Part shown: positions 38,044 to 51,300 of the stretch, piece by piece
Layout: each line of letters begins with the position of its first letter
How positions within the stretch are numbered: position 1 is the first letter of the stretch
Position numbers and translations under genes: made by a program
Origin: Nemertoderma westbladi
Taxonomy: Eukaryota; Animalia; Xenacoelomorpha
Assembly (NCBI GenBank): GCA_032718475.1
Contig: JAUCBJ010008370.1
Span: 15,324 to 79,323 of the forward strand
Direction of reading: 5' to 3'
Length of the DNA: 64,000 nt
The notes under the pieces: generated by a model
The model's database searches: none
Seen by the model: only the letters and a program-made list of their open reading frames with translations
Told to the model about the DNA's origin: nothing

Positions 38044-41000
38044 GTAAGTAAATAAATTGTTAATTATAAAATATTTATATTTATTAATAACAATTATTCG
38101 AAGTTAGAGATATTACAGTACATTAGGCCTTTGGTACAATGTACAAATAAGAGTTTTTGATACAAAATAGAGTATTTGATAGAATAGAGATAGGATAGCT
38201 GGATACAAGAATAAGTACTGGAACTTCAACACCATCCCTTTAAAAGTGGCCGCCATGGAGTACAGATTTAATTGCTGAATGGCAGAAAGGCCATTTCTTC
38301 TATTATAGACTCCAATTATAATAATTGTTGTGAGATTCTATGAATTCGATCGTGTTCTATGTTCACAGATTAATTTACTTTTTTAACTCTGGTCCCATCT
38401 CACATCGCCCTAACATCCCAACACATTTTCTTGTTTTGGCGAGACGAGTAATATAGTGGCGACAGATCGCACTGCTATACACCATGTGCTGTCGGAATAT
38501 AGTGTCGTTATTGCGGTACCTGGACCGGTGTCTGAGTATTGTACTCACAGATATTCCCATTGGCGATATCTCCTTTGCAGAAGTGAAGGCTGCTGCAAGG
38601 AGCATTAAGACCAATCGTGCCAGTGGAGTAGATGGTGTTCCCCCTGAGGTCTTTAAAATACCTGAGTGTTTAAAGCTCATCTATCCCATCATAGTAGACA
38701 TGTACCGAACAACAAGAGTCCCACAAGAAATGAAAACAAATAAGTTGGTGCCAGTTCCCAAGAAGGGCAACCTAACACTCTATGGTTCTTTTCGGGGAAT
38801 CTCATTGATCTCGATTGCTGCAAAGCTATACAATAGGATTCTATTAAATCGCATCAGGGATCCCATTGAGAGACTGCTCCGTGGAAATCAGAATGGGTTC
38901 CGTAAAGGTCGTGGGACCATGGAGCCCATTTTGGCACTTAGAAGGATAATTGAAGAGTTATCAAAAAAGAAAGACAGGCATCTGGCTGTTATCTTTGTTG
39001 ACTTCTTCAAGGCCTTTGATTCAGTCTCTCGCTCACGTATGTTCAGCATACTTTCATTATATGGGATTCCTGATGAAATTATTGCAGCAATCAGATCAGT
39101 ATATGATGGTTCGACAACATTTGTGTCTACTGTTGACGGTGACACAGAACCATTTGAAGTGTTATGGGGCGTCCTCCAAGGAGACACACTTGCACCATTC
39201 TTGTTCATTATTGTGGTTGACTATGTTCTACGCATGTCCTTAGATCATTATAATGATGATGGGGTGATGATAACTCCACCTACTGGCTCCAGAAGTCGAG
39301 GAAATCCTGCCAAGTACCTAACTGATCTAGACTTTGCTGATGACTTAGGAGTACTCTCAGAATCATTAGAGGGAGCCCAACGGCTCCTCAGCTCATTAGA
39401 ACATGCTGCTTCTAGTGTTGGTCTTTTTATTAACTCCAGAAAGACCAAAATTCTGACAGTTAACTTTGAAAGTCCTCAGCAAGTCTCTGATCGGATGAGC
39501 ATAAGCTCAAAGGATGGTATGCTTATGAGCATGTGGACGACTTCTGTTACCTGGGATCATGGATCCGGATCCGGAAGTCAGGTGAGGACCTTCGAATACG
39601 TAAGGGAAAGGCATGGGCAGCCTTGAATAGGCTTTCCAGGATTTGGAAGTCACCGAGAATTAATCGGAAACTTAAGGTCCGATTATTTAGAGCAGCAGTA
39701 GTTCCAGTACTCCTCTACGGGAGTCCATGCTGGGCTCTAACTGCTGAGGACACCAAATCTCTGGATGGCACATTCACGAGAATGCTACGCCGGGTTCATT
39801 GTGTCAAGTACAATGCACACATCTCCAACCAGACACTATATAACATTGGAGGTGTCTCATTGGTTCCCCCAAGCTTGACACTAGAACAAAATCGCCTCCG
39901 CTTTGCAGGACATTGCTTTCGCCGTGAGGACCAGCCAGTGCATAATCTTGTACTTTGGCAGCCTCATGGAGTGAATAGCATGGTGGACAGCCCATGACTT
40001 TCTTGAGACGCATCTTAAAGGACACTGGCCTTAAAGATGCGGATGATCTAGCAAATGTCATGGGTGATAGGGAGTTGTGGCGGTGCAATTTTGTTGACAA
40101 GCCGGCACAGCATTCTTAAAAATGCAGCTGCAATGCAGCATGCCGATCCTAGTAGTAGTAGTGGACCCCCCCCCCCCCAAATTTTTCGACAAATCTTAAT
40201 GAAATTGCATGAAATTTGAAACATAGATAGTTTCACCTCCCTCCTCCTTGCTGGGTGAGTCAGCATTTTTATTTTTGCTTTCATTCTTTAGCTATAAGCG
40301 TTTGAAAAAGGTGTCTCCGTCGGTATTGCGCCAGTTACACCGCAGTTATTCTTCAACCTTATAGCGATTTGTTGATTTTGACGGTCAGCGGGCCATGCAA
40401 GGATTCCAAATATGTATCATAATCTGAATTTGGTCGTAAAATAGCTGAGATATGAGCGTTCAAATGTTGCATGAATTAGCATCAGCGCGAGGCTATTTTA
40501 TTCAATTTAATTAATAATCCATATTCTAGAACACTTTGTTTATATACGAATAGCTACGCAATAGTATGATTACAGAGTTATTGCATTGTTGCCCAGCTAC
40601 GTATGGGATAAACAACATGTTCTAGAATATGGTATATTTTTTTAATAGAATAAATTACCTTGCGCAGGTGTAAAACCATGCAACATTAGAATGCCCATAT
40701 CTCTGCTGTTTTAGGACGAAATTCAGATTGTGATACAAATCCAGCTTTCTGTCAATATCAACAAATCGCTATAAGGTTGAAGAATAACTGCGGTGTATCT
40801 GGCGCAATACCGACGGAGACACCTTTTTCAAACGCTTGTAGCTAAGGAATGAAAGCAAAAATAAAAATTCTGGCTCACCCAGCAAGGAGGAGGGAGGTGA
40901 AACTATCTCTGGTTCAAATCTCATGCAATTTCATTAAGATTTGTCGAAAAATTTGAGGGGGGGGGGGGGGGGGGTCCAGGTACCTGAATAACGACACTAT

Positions 41001-44000
41001 ATTCCAGGACATGGTGTATAATGTATAATCGGGGTAGGTCAACGGTGTTATTGTAATACAACGCCCACACACACCCCATTATACCATACAGCATGCAAGC
41101 AGTTCCATATACGGAAATTATTAGCACGTAAAAAACCCACCATTGGACAATTGGACGGAACAAAATATTTTCAATAACATGACAAATTTACCATCGCGAA
41201 AACCGTGAATATCCCAAATCAATAAAACTAGCTTACTTTACTTTATTATTTTTTTGATTATTATGTGAGGCGGTAGAATAAACAGTTTCATCTCGTGAGT
41301 GACGCGGTATGGGATTAACTTGTCCGCGGCGAGATGATATGGTTTGGATTTGTCTCGACCGCTAGTATGTATTTTTAATCACGGAATTGTGTGCATCTGA
41401 CCTTACAAGGCTTGCGTGCGTGACCAGTAGAATATATATCCCTTTTCCGCCTGTCCATTCTCATCATGAGCGTGATGATATAATTACAGGGGGTATGATG
41501 ATCACACTGTGTTACTACTCGTGCTCTTATTGTTGTTGTGTTGCAGGCGTGCCGAGGTTGTGTCGGGGATTTATTGGAGCAATGCGTTTGCAACGCCACG
41601 AAAGGGATCAAGGTAAGTCCATTATATGATTGGTTAATTTATCGCATTTTTTTTTCCTGTATAAATTTCCTTTTTCCGCCTATCTTTTATTGCGACCATC
41701 ACACCACTTACGTGTCTAATTTATACAACTGCTAAGGAGCAGAGGAAACCAATGGAAACGTCGCTGCCTTTTTATTTAATTCAACACGATTTTTTAATAT
41801 CCTGCATAGAATCTATTTACTTTAATTGGTTTTGATTGCTGTCAGATTCAATTGGATTTCAATGCAATTCGCTTTGGGAAACTCATATTTCCTCCGAATC
41901 CTTTCATCTCGAGTTTTAGCCCTGAGGCTGGAACGTGCAGTTCGGCTTTTTATAATAAGATGCGTGCCCACTTCAAACATACATTTATTGATTTTGACAA
42001 CAATGGCTCCAATTTAGTTTCATGGTATATTTTTTGTAAATAATTGACTATTTTTGTTCATAAATGTCTTGTTTTGTATGCGTACGAGTTATATATAAAA
42101 ACTGTATTTTGATAAAGACCATTTTGTTGCGAAGTTTATTGTCGAGAGTTTACAGATTTTTTTTTACGTAGATTTCATGAAACCAGAAAAAAAGAGACAA
42201 TAAAATTTCGTTAAAAACGTGCCAATGGCAAAAATTTCAACGAAAAGCCTTAATGTTTTTAGTTCATTTTTAACAAGTTTATGTGTATATTTAATTATGA
42301 CGTTCGCTTTTATCTTCTTGTCAAAGATAAAATAATACTTATTTATTACTTGGGAAAAAAGTATAACTTTTTTTCGCTATTCTCGATGTATTTTTAAGGG
42401 TCGACAGAATTTTGAAAATAAGTGTTCTACGGTTTTTCACATGTAATTAGAATGTAATTGTAATTGTAAAATTAAATTTTATTCTTTAATGTTACCTTTT
42501 TGTTGTTTAATTTTTTAGTAAAAGGTATAACGAAATAGTGTTACAAATTAAATTGAAATTACAACTTTAGAGAGCTGATTAACTACATAAACTAGTATTA
42601 ATATTAGTTTATGTAGTTAATCAGCTCTCTAAAGTTGTAATTTCAATTTCAGTTGTAACACTATTTCGTTCTACCTTTTACTGAAAAATTTTAAATGAAA
42701 AATTAAAAAAATTAATTTAAAAAAATAATTTAAAATTAAAAAAATTAATAAATTAAAAAGTTTCGCTTTGAAGTTCGCCTTGCAGACACTAAAGTTGCAA
42801 TAACATTTGAGTGTGTGAATGCATTTTGCTCAATTTGTTGCAAACCTTTTCTACTTCGATGCTCTTTCGACACATGTAATCAAATTTAAGAAATTCCACC
42901 AGAAATATTTTTATATATTCTTATTTTACTTTTCTCGAAGGGAAAAAAGTAAAATCAATACAATCCTATGGGATACGTTTTCTCTCTTGGGAAAAATGTA
43001 CTCTTTCGTATCTGAATTCTAGAATGTTCTAACCTATTTATTTTTTTGGAGTTCTCTGTACATCTTTTTCTATAGTCTTAGAGCGATATTACATAAATTG
43101 TATCATGCTCTTCCATCAATCTCATCAGTAACGGTTCCGTATGCCACTACACTTTTTAAACATAAATCATTATTACTATGGCAACCATGGAGAGTTCTAG
43201 AACACCATATAAATGTTATTGAACTATTTTAGAACATAAATAAAATAAAATAGGATGTTCTAGAACATATAGCTAGTAAATTGGAGGGAGTCTGGGGGGA
43301 CGGCACTGGAAATAAGTCGTCAGTCAGACTTTGTGCGTAATCCCTGGCCTAACGGCGGAAGAAAATTTACTTTTAACTTTTTAACGATTGAATTAATTTT
43401 GACAAAGCTGAATTTTTCAGTAACTATGCCGATTGATCAGGAATAAATGTTTAAATGAACCATGAATCCCAACTGTTATTTTTTATTGAAATTCTGACAG
43501 ATGAATAAAAAGTCGAAGGAGTGATGTTCTAGAATACTTTAATTAATTTCTTGTAGTAAGTTGTGATTTAATGGGGAAACCAAGACATTATTTAAAACTG
43601 AAAATATTAGGCACCCGGCCGCAGCTGACAGCAGTTTTTAATAGCCTGTATTTCAAGGATAGCCACAGATTTGACAAATTTCCCATGCCGAAAGCTGAAA
43701 AAAATATATTTAGAATTGATTTAAAACGCTTTAACAACGTTATTTGGGAAAATCACATTATAAGTATTGATTTATTATTATTATTAATAACAAAATTTAA
43801 TGTTCTAGAACATTTTTAAGGACGCAGTATACACCATATCCTGGAATATAGTGTCGTTATTTTTCGACAAATCTTAATGAGATTGCATGAAATTTGAAAC
43901 GGAGATAGTTTCACCTCCCACCTCCTTGCTGGGTGAGCCAGAATTTTTATTCTCGCTATTAATCTTTAGCTACAAGCGTTTAAAAAAAGTGTCTCCGTCG

Positions 44001-47000
44001 ATATTGTACAAGTTACACCGCAGTAATTCTTCAACCTTAAAGTTGGTACGAGTAGAAAGCTGGCCGTGCAAGGATTCCAAATATGTAAAAACATCTGAAT
44101 TTGGTTGGGAAATAGCTGAGATATGGGCATTCGAAAGTTGCATGTATTTTCTTCCCCTGCAGGCCATTTATTCTATTTAATAAATACATCATATTCTGGA
44201 ACGTTTTGTTTATCCCGTACGTAGCTGGGCAACAATGCAATGCTTCTTTAAACATACTATTATGTAGCTATTCATACATTAACAAAATGTTCTAGAATAT
44301 AGTGTTTTTATTTAATAGAATAAAACAGCCTCGCGTAGGTTCAAAACCATGCAAATTTTGAACGCTCATATCTCAGCTATTTCCCAACCAAATTCAAATA
44401 TTTTTACATGTTTGAATCCTTGCATGGTTAGCTTTCTATTTCTACAAACAAATCGCGATAAGGTTCATGAATAACTGCAGTGTAACTGGTAAAATATCAC
44501 CGGAGACACCTTTTTCAAACGCTTGTAGCTAAAGATTGAAAGCAAAAATATTAATTCTGGCTCACCCAGTCAGTGGTCGGGAGGTGAAACTATCTCTGTT
44601 TCAAATTGAATGCAATGTCATTCAGATTTGTAGATAAATTTGGGGGGAGGGTTTCCAGGTACTTGAATAACGACACTATATTCCAGGACATGGTGTAGTA
44701 GGTTGCCTTGTTTCTATGAGAAAGGACTATTAATTATTCGATAAAAAAAAAGTAAGCGGAAAACACCGCTTTTTTTCACTCATTTTCAATTTAGCGAAAT
44801 TCAACTATTTGAGTTTTACACGAGTTGGCAGGTTTTTAGCACGAGCGAAGCGAGTGTTAAAATGCCAACGAGTTAAAAAAAATACTTTTTTAACTAATTT
44901 TCTGGAAATTAGTGGAAAAAAGTTAGATTAATTAACTAATTTTAAAAATGTTGAGAAAAAGAGCCTTTTTCAAATAAAACAATTTTACTATATGAGAACA
45001 AATCGGGCTATTTCAAAATAGCACCACACAGAAGAATCATGGTGAGTTTTATTATATATTTCCTGATGGTTTTATTTTTAAAAGATACATTTTTGGCCTT
45101 ATTCGTTTCATTTCTGCCAATTTTTTTTATTACAATTTACATTTTTCATCTACATTAAATAATAATAATAACTTATTATTAATAACTTAATTATATTAAT
45201 AATAATAAATAAATTTTGTGACGTAATAAAGTAATTCTATAATAAGAACTTTATGTTCAATCACTTTTAAAGTAAAGTACTGAATGAATAAGTAATGTAT
45301 AAAGTAATAAATAAACAGTGATTCTAATAAAATCTAAGAATAAATATAACTGTGTAATGAAAAATAAATTGTAATATTAATGAAATAATTTTACGTTCTC
45401 AACGTGGTGATGAATTCTGGAACACATAATGAGTATTGGACGACATTTAGCAATTATAATGTTTATGTTACATTGGAAATGAATTTTATCGACTAAATAC
45501 TTTATATAAACTTATAAACAATATATTGAAGGTTAAAACTAATATCTAATCGGTCGAGACCAGTTGTTTATTCTGCCACGGCATTATTTTACTATTCTTC
45601 ATCGTAAACAAAGAAATGGGTTGTAAAGGTTCTAAAGATTCTCCGTCTTCTCATCCGTCGGTAAAGATAAAGATTGTCACTGAGAAAAAAGTTACTAAAG
45701 TTAAATCGGAGGAATTTCTGCCTGTTTCTGCAGTTACATCTGATAAATCTATGGCGTTGTTGAAACAAAAGGGGCTTAATAGCGAAAAGAAATGCAAAGA
45801 AGTTCGCAGTTTGCTTATGGAAATTGAAGAATGTAATAAAAAAACTAAAGATCTAGAGTCGGTCATAAGGTCAAAGTCAGGAGAGATTTCGGAATTAACT
45901 TGAATTTATTTTATGTTCATTGTATCCATGTTGTATCACTTTGTGTTAATCCGTGGACAGACGAGACAACACACTATAGTTCTTCATTCCGACACCCTTA
46001 CCAACATTGTTTTATTCTATGTATCTATATTTTCTATGTAGAAAATATTGTAGAATAATTTTGAAATTGTTATAAACCCTTCCTTGTTATTTTATCAACT
46101 CCTCATTGTTATTATATAAACTCCTCATGGTTATTTTTTAGAATATATATTTTAAAAATATGATGTTTTCGAATCTAAAATATTGGCTACGGTTCCGGGT
46201 ACTAGTGTGTTATAGGTACACCCCCTAAAACAATTTTTACTAGCTAGTTTTTGCTATTTCTTTTTATGAACATTTTGAATAATGTTCTAGAACATCTTCG
46301 CTAATCATAACTGAAAACAAAAGTTCTAGAACAAATAATTTTTGTTCTAGAAAATTTTTAAAAATCATAAAAATATATTTTTTTTAATTTTTGTAGAATT
46401 TGTTTCATCTAATCAATTTGTTTTATCGTTGCTGGCAAGGAGAGTGGGTGGGTGGGGTGTAGCTAGTATTTTTTTAATAGCTAATTTTAAAAGAGGGATT
46501 TCACTGTATTGAGGTCATATATTCAGAAATTAATAACAGAAGACTTATACTGTATAAGACTTATTAATTTCTCTAAACTAAATCAGTCATTTTTACAACA
46601 ATCGTATCAATCAGGTGTTACAACAATCGTTTTTTTTCAGTATTTTTAGTATTTTTAGGTTAATTCTGGTGCTACAATTTCTCATTGTTTTACCCTTGGT
46701 CTTTATCAGTATAAACTATTACTGTTTATTTAATGGTAACGTTTAAATATAAATCTTTTTACAACATGCAATCATAAATCTTAGTTATATAAATTAAATT
46801 GATCTAAAAAATATAATTACCTTGATATCAAATACAACATCACTAATGAAAAATATAATTACCTTGATATCAAATACAACATAACTACTGAAAAATATAG
46901 GCCTAATTTGTAAGTTTTTTTAAAATTGGCTCTAGAATAAAGAATATTGGTTCTAGAATATTTTATTATATAAATTATTAAATATATGACATGTTCTAGA

Positions 47001-48289
47001 ACATTTCCAAAAAAGTTGGCAAAAATTTGCTATAATAAAAATTTTGTGCGGGGGGGAGGGTGTACCTATAGTGTACCACACTAGTGCTCGGCTACTCGGT
47101 TCGGCATTACTATGTTATGGGTACCCCCTTTTTGACCAATATTTTTCATATGAAAATGGCTTTTATCATGAGGTTTTTTGTTCTAGAACAAATATTTAAC
47201 CTTCTGCCAGTAAGATGGTAGCTAGTCATTTTGATTTTGTGTTAGCTAGTACTTTTTATAAAACAAATAAATTTTTTATAAAAATTTAAATTTTTTATAA
47301 AACTTTTCATAAAATAAATATATATTTTACAAAGCGTATATGCCACGACACTTTTCTAACATTATTCATTGTTACTATGGCTACAAATGCTATAAATGTT
47401 ATTTATTTAACTATTCCAGAACATAAATAAAATAAAAATTATAATGTTCTACAACATGTAGCTAGTAATTTAATTTTTAATTTGCTAGTAATTTAAAAAA
47501 ATTCAGATTTCAACTAAATTCTCTGAAATTTTTTTATTTTTTTATTAGCTGCCATAAAAATACTAAATAATCTATCTTAAAAATTACTAGCTACCTGAAA
47601 GTATAACATTTATAACACTAAAATCTAATAAAAAGATTTTGAATTTTTTTTAAATAATAGCTATTTTCAATTTTAGAAATAACTACAATAGCTACATCTT
47701 CTAGAACATTATATATTTTTTTTATTTATGTTCTAGAATAGTTCAATAACATTTATATGCTGTTCTTACTATTGTTGCCATAGTAACAATGATTAAGGTT
47801 TAAAAAGTGTAGTGGCATACGGAACCGTTACCAAAATATTTGTTCTAGACTAAAAAGCTAACTTCAGTAGTACAGGTACAAAAAATGGTAGGGTGTGTCG
47901 GAATTAGAACTATAGTAACCAGCAATCATAATTGTACAGTCACAAAGATCCAACCGCCTCCATGAATGGGCCGGTGAGAAAACTTTACTCAGTAACTTAT
48001 TGTAAAGGCGTAATTTACCACTTTTTATAGCTATTTTTCCACAATTATTGTGTTCCCATTCTTTACATGTTTTAAACGTAACATATTACTCGGTACCTGA
48101 GTGTTTACTAGATTCGCACTATTGTTTATCATGGCATCGCAGTTACTAGTACTATTTCAAATGTAATAAAGATCCAAATCCGTTGAATAGTTATTAATAG
48201 GTAAATTTACTATAGAGAACTTACCTATCTAGTTTCCTAAACTGCATGGAGGGGTTTCTTTGCGGTATTGGTCTTCCCACCTCGAGACA

Positions 48290-48322
<33 letters not shown>

Positions 48323-51300
48323 ACTGGACGCAAATCCCATCTTGGCGAATTAATATCCCGCCTCAATGTTAATTTCTACATTTAGGGAAAGGAGCAGGTT
48401 TACAGTGGCACGTTATTTTAACCAAAACAATAAACTAAACACAATAGAACAGGTTAGAGTTTTATTTTTGAGAGTAATCAGCTGTTATTTGCGTCCAATT
48501 TCCACTGGAGAGGAATGAATTTTAATTGCGTCCAGTTTCCCCTCCTATCTGAAAACTTCAGTACTGCCGTATTACTGAAGCCTAATAACAGGATAAGTAA
48601 TAGGCCATAGGCAATAACACCCACCTCAGAATAGTATATATACAGACAGGATTACGCAATTAGTTTATTTATTAACGTTTAAAAATTGGATCAACTGATC
48701 AACAGTTGAGTTGTGGTACCCGGATGCAGAGCGCGCTTACATCGTGGCTCGCCCCACGCATCATATATGTAATTTGGGTGTTTTTTGTTGATTTTTTTTG
48801 GTCTAACCATCTCTGTTACCTTTCCTTACCTACCAGACCATTATATTCATATTCCATGTCCCGGAAAAATATCTTATTTCTGGAATGTGCTATGCTGCAT
48901 GCCGATTACAGATATAAAAAGACTACCGCCCCGCGCAGGACTACTTACATTCCAAAGGTTTTAGTTCCCAAAATCAATTTACGTTAATTAACTTCATGGA
49001 GATGATTTAAATTATAAATAATAGTATCAATAATTTATAGCAGATGAAAGAATAGAAAATTGTTTTGTTATATTATGTCAACTTAACAGCGTTCTGGTGA
49101 ATTACTCGTAATGCTGCAAAGTACTACTTTGCAGCGTTGTGGCCTATCTGCCTATACGACGTGAACGCTGCAAATTAATTAATAACATGAAACAACTTAA
49201 TTTACCGTATATTCCAGAATGTATTATTTCCATTTATATTAATTATCCATGCTTTATTATCCAGTTTGCAGTGACGGGACTAGCTACTGTATGTAAATAA
49301 TTGTTTAACGTGTACTGTAATCCATTATGGCGAAACGTCCAATAGAAGACACTTTAGAGAAAATGACCAAAGAAAATGGCGACAGTGTGCATAAAACTGA
49401 ACGGACACGTGACTAAGTTTGCTTCAGTCGACTATAATAGTCAAGATGGATTAATGATTTATCATATCCATGCAGGAGATAACTTCCAATAAACTTTAAT
49501 TAGATTTAAATGTATAATTAATACTGTATCTGTTTATAAATATATAGTACTCGATATAGTACATGATTAAAATGTATAAATGAGTATCCATAAAATCCTT
49601 TATTCACATACCGAACGCTGATAAGTTGACATAATGTAACAAAATTACATACATCATTGCTGGCAAAGGTCACTTTCCAGCGTTAAAGACCCTTGTTTAT
49701 TTATGTAAACCTCCCTCGCTGCGCTCGCTCGGTCCATAAATAAACTCGGATCATAACGCTGCAAAGTGCCCATGATGTAAATATAGTTATTATTGGTGTG
49801 GTGTTAAGTTTTACTACCAGACAGACATTCAGTACAGCTTTGTTCTAGAAGAGTGCAATTTTTACTAATTTACTTCATTTATTACAAAAGTTTAGTGCTG
49901 ATTTATTTATATTTACAATAACTTTGATTGATTCAAAATCAGCATCACTCGTGATGCTGAAATGCGGACCCACAACTTCAACAGTGGGGCGTGGTTGTGG
50001 CTGAATGTATTAAGATTTTGTATTATAGTGCTACTTCAGTCTGCCAAATGTCAAATGGATGCCCTTGCTTGTGCTTATTTTCTCATTGAAAAATTAAAAA
50101 TTTTACTGTAAAATGTATTTCTAAATAAACTTTATAGTTTTTGTTAGAAAAGCCCACCACTGTAATCAAATCTCTCTAGGAATTAACGACCCGTAATCTG
50201 TATTATTCTGTCGTATTTTCATATAAATTGACACAATCATTCAATTTGTACAAAGTTAAAAGGATAAATGTAAAACAATCGGTCCTTTACCTCTGACGCT
50301 GAACAAACCACGATAGACAAGGTGGAGAGAGAAGTTGTAGTATCATTAGTTCCATTATTAGTATTCCAAAGTCCAAACAAAGTCTCTACCAAATGTCCTT
50401 CTAATCCCAGACTTACTACTTACATGCTAAAATTCCCCTCTTGTTAAAAAAAACTCACTGTAGCCACCTTTTTTTCTGGCTTGTGGGAATAAACATGTGT
50501 AATGATCGACTGATGATGGTTTAGGAATATTTTGGGAAAGAATGTAATCCACTCTGTGGGAAACCTGGCAAACTCTACGTATTACTGCGGTGTAAACGAG
50601 TTCACGTTGCTATTTGATTTGAAGTTCTAGGGTTGAGGAATTTAATTTAAACTTCATTGGTGGTAGAGGAATAGCGAATTATCCCGTTATTGGAACAGTA
50701 GAAGGGGGTGGGGTGCGAGTTATTTATGCATACAGTAGTCTAATTCAGGCTAATATTGAGTAGGCTAAGCTATCGGTAGACGTACCTTTATACGTATTTG
50801 TTAATGTTTACATTGGGAATGCGTGATAGTATATTGTATGACTGTATTCACACTACAAATTTATTTAAGTTATTTTCTGGAATACGTAAAAAAATTGATT
50901 CGTATATAGATATTTTTGAAATCTTTTGTAGCGCGGTGAAAGTTTATTATAAATATGTTTTTCGTATAAAATTTGGTTATTTTTTTACAGGGTTCCAGAG
51001 GTTATCCCGGACCTCTTGGTTACCATGGCAATCCCGGTGCCCGCGGAGACGAGGGTCCGCACGGGCTGAAAGGAGACAAGGGCGAACTGGGCCCTGGGGG
51101 GGCTACGGGGCGCAGGGGGAATAGGGGGAAGACAGGGGGCCGGGGCACAGCTGGCGTACACGGTGAACCGGGTATCCAAGGCAACCCTGGACCAATGGGA
51201 ATTCCCGGACCCCAAGGCTGTAACGGAACCAAGGTAGGTTTATGTTGTATTCTTTTCAATTAAATGCGTATAGTTACTTACGTAGTTGTGAGTTATAATA

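Noticed and set aside
38248-38278. Perfect Kozak GCCGCCATGG
   Set aside because: The ORF closes after 7 codons and lies within intron 1.
38484-38526. N-terminus of the 380-aa RT ORF
   Set aside because: The first residues come from the MITE TIR; the LINE is 5'-truncated and frameshifted, so it is not an intact gene.
458-40161. Reverse transcriptases as retron, DGR or group II intron systems
   Set aside because: The motifs, 3' tails, 5' truncation and TSDs are those of eukaryotic non-LTR retrotransposons.
41495-41546. Signal peptide directly upstream of the ACRGC exon
   Set aside because: The ATG, the Leu-rich stretch and ACRGC are in three different frames. The exon at 37960-38043 fits better.
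48290-48321. Poly-G/poly-C tracts (also 4248, 10001, 10297, 40166, 40957) as a regulatory system
   Set aside because: Several are internal parts of MITE arms, and homopolymer lengths are unreliable; no further support.
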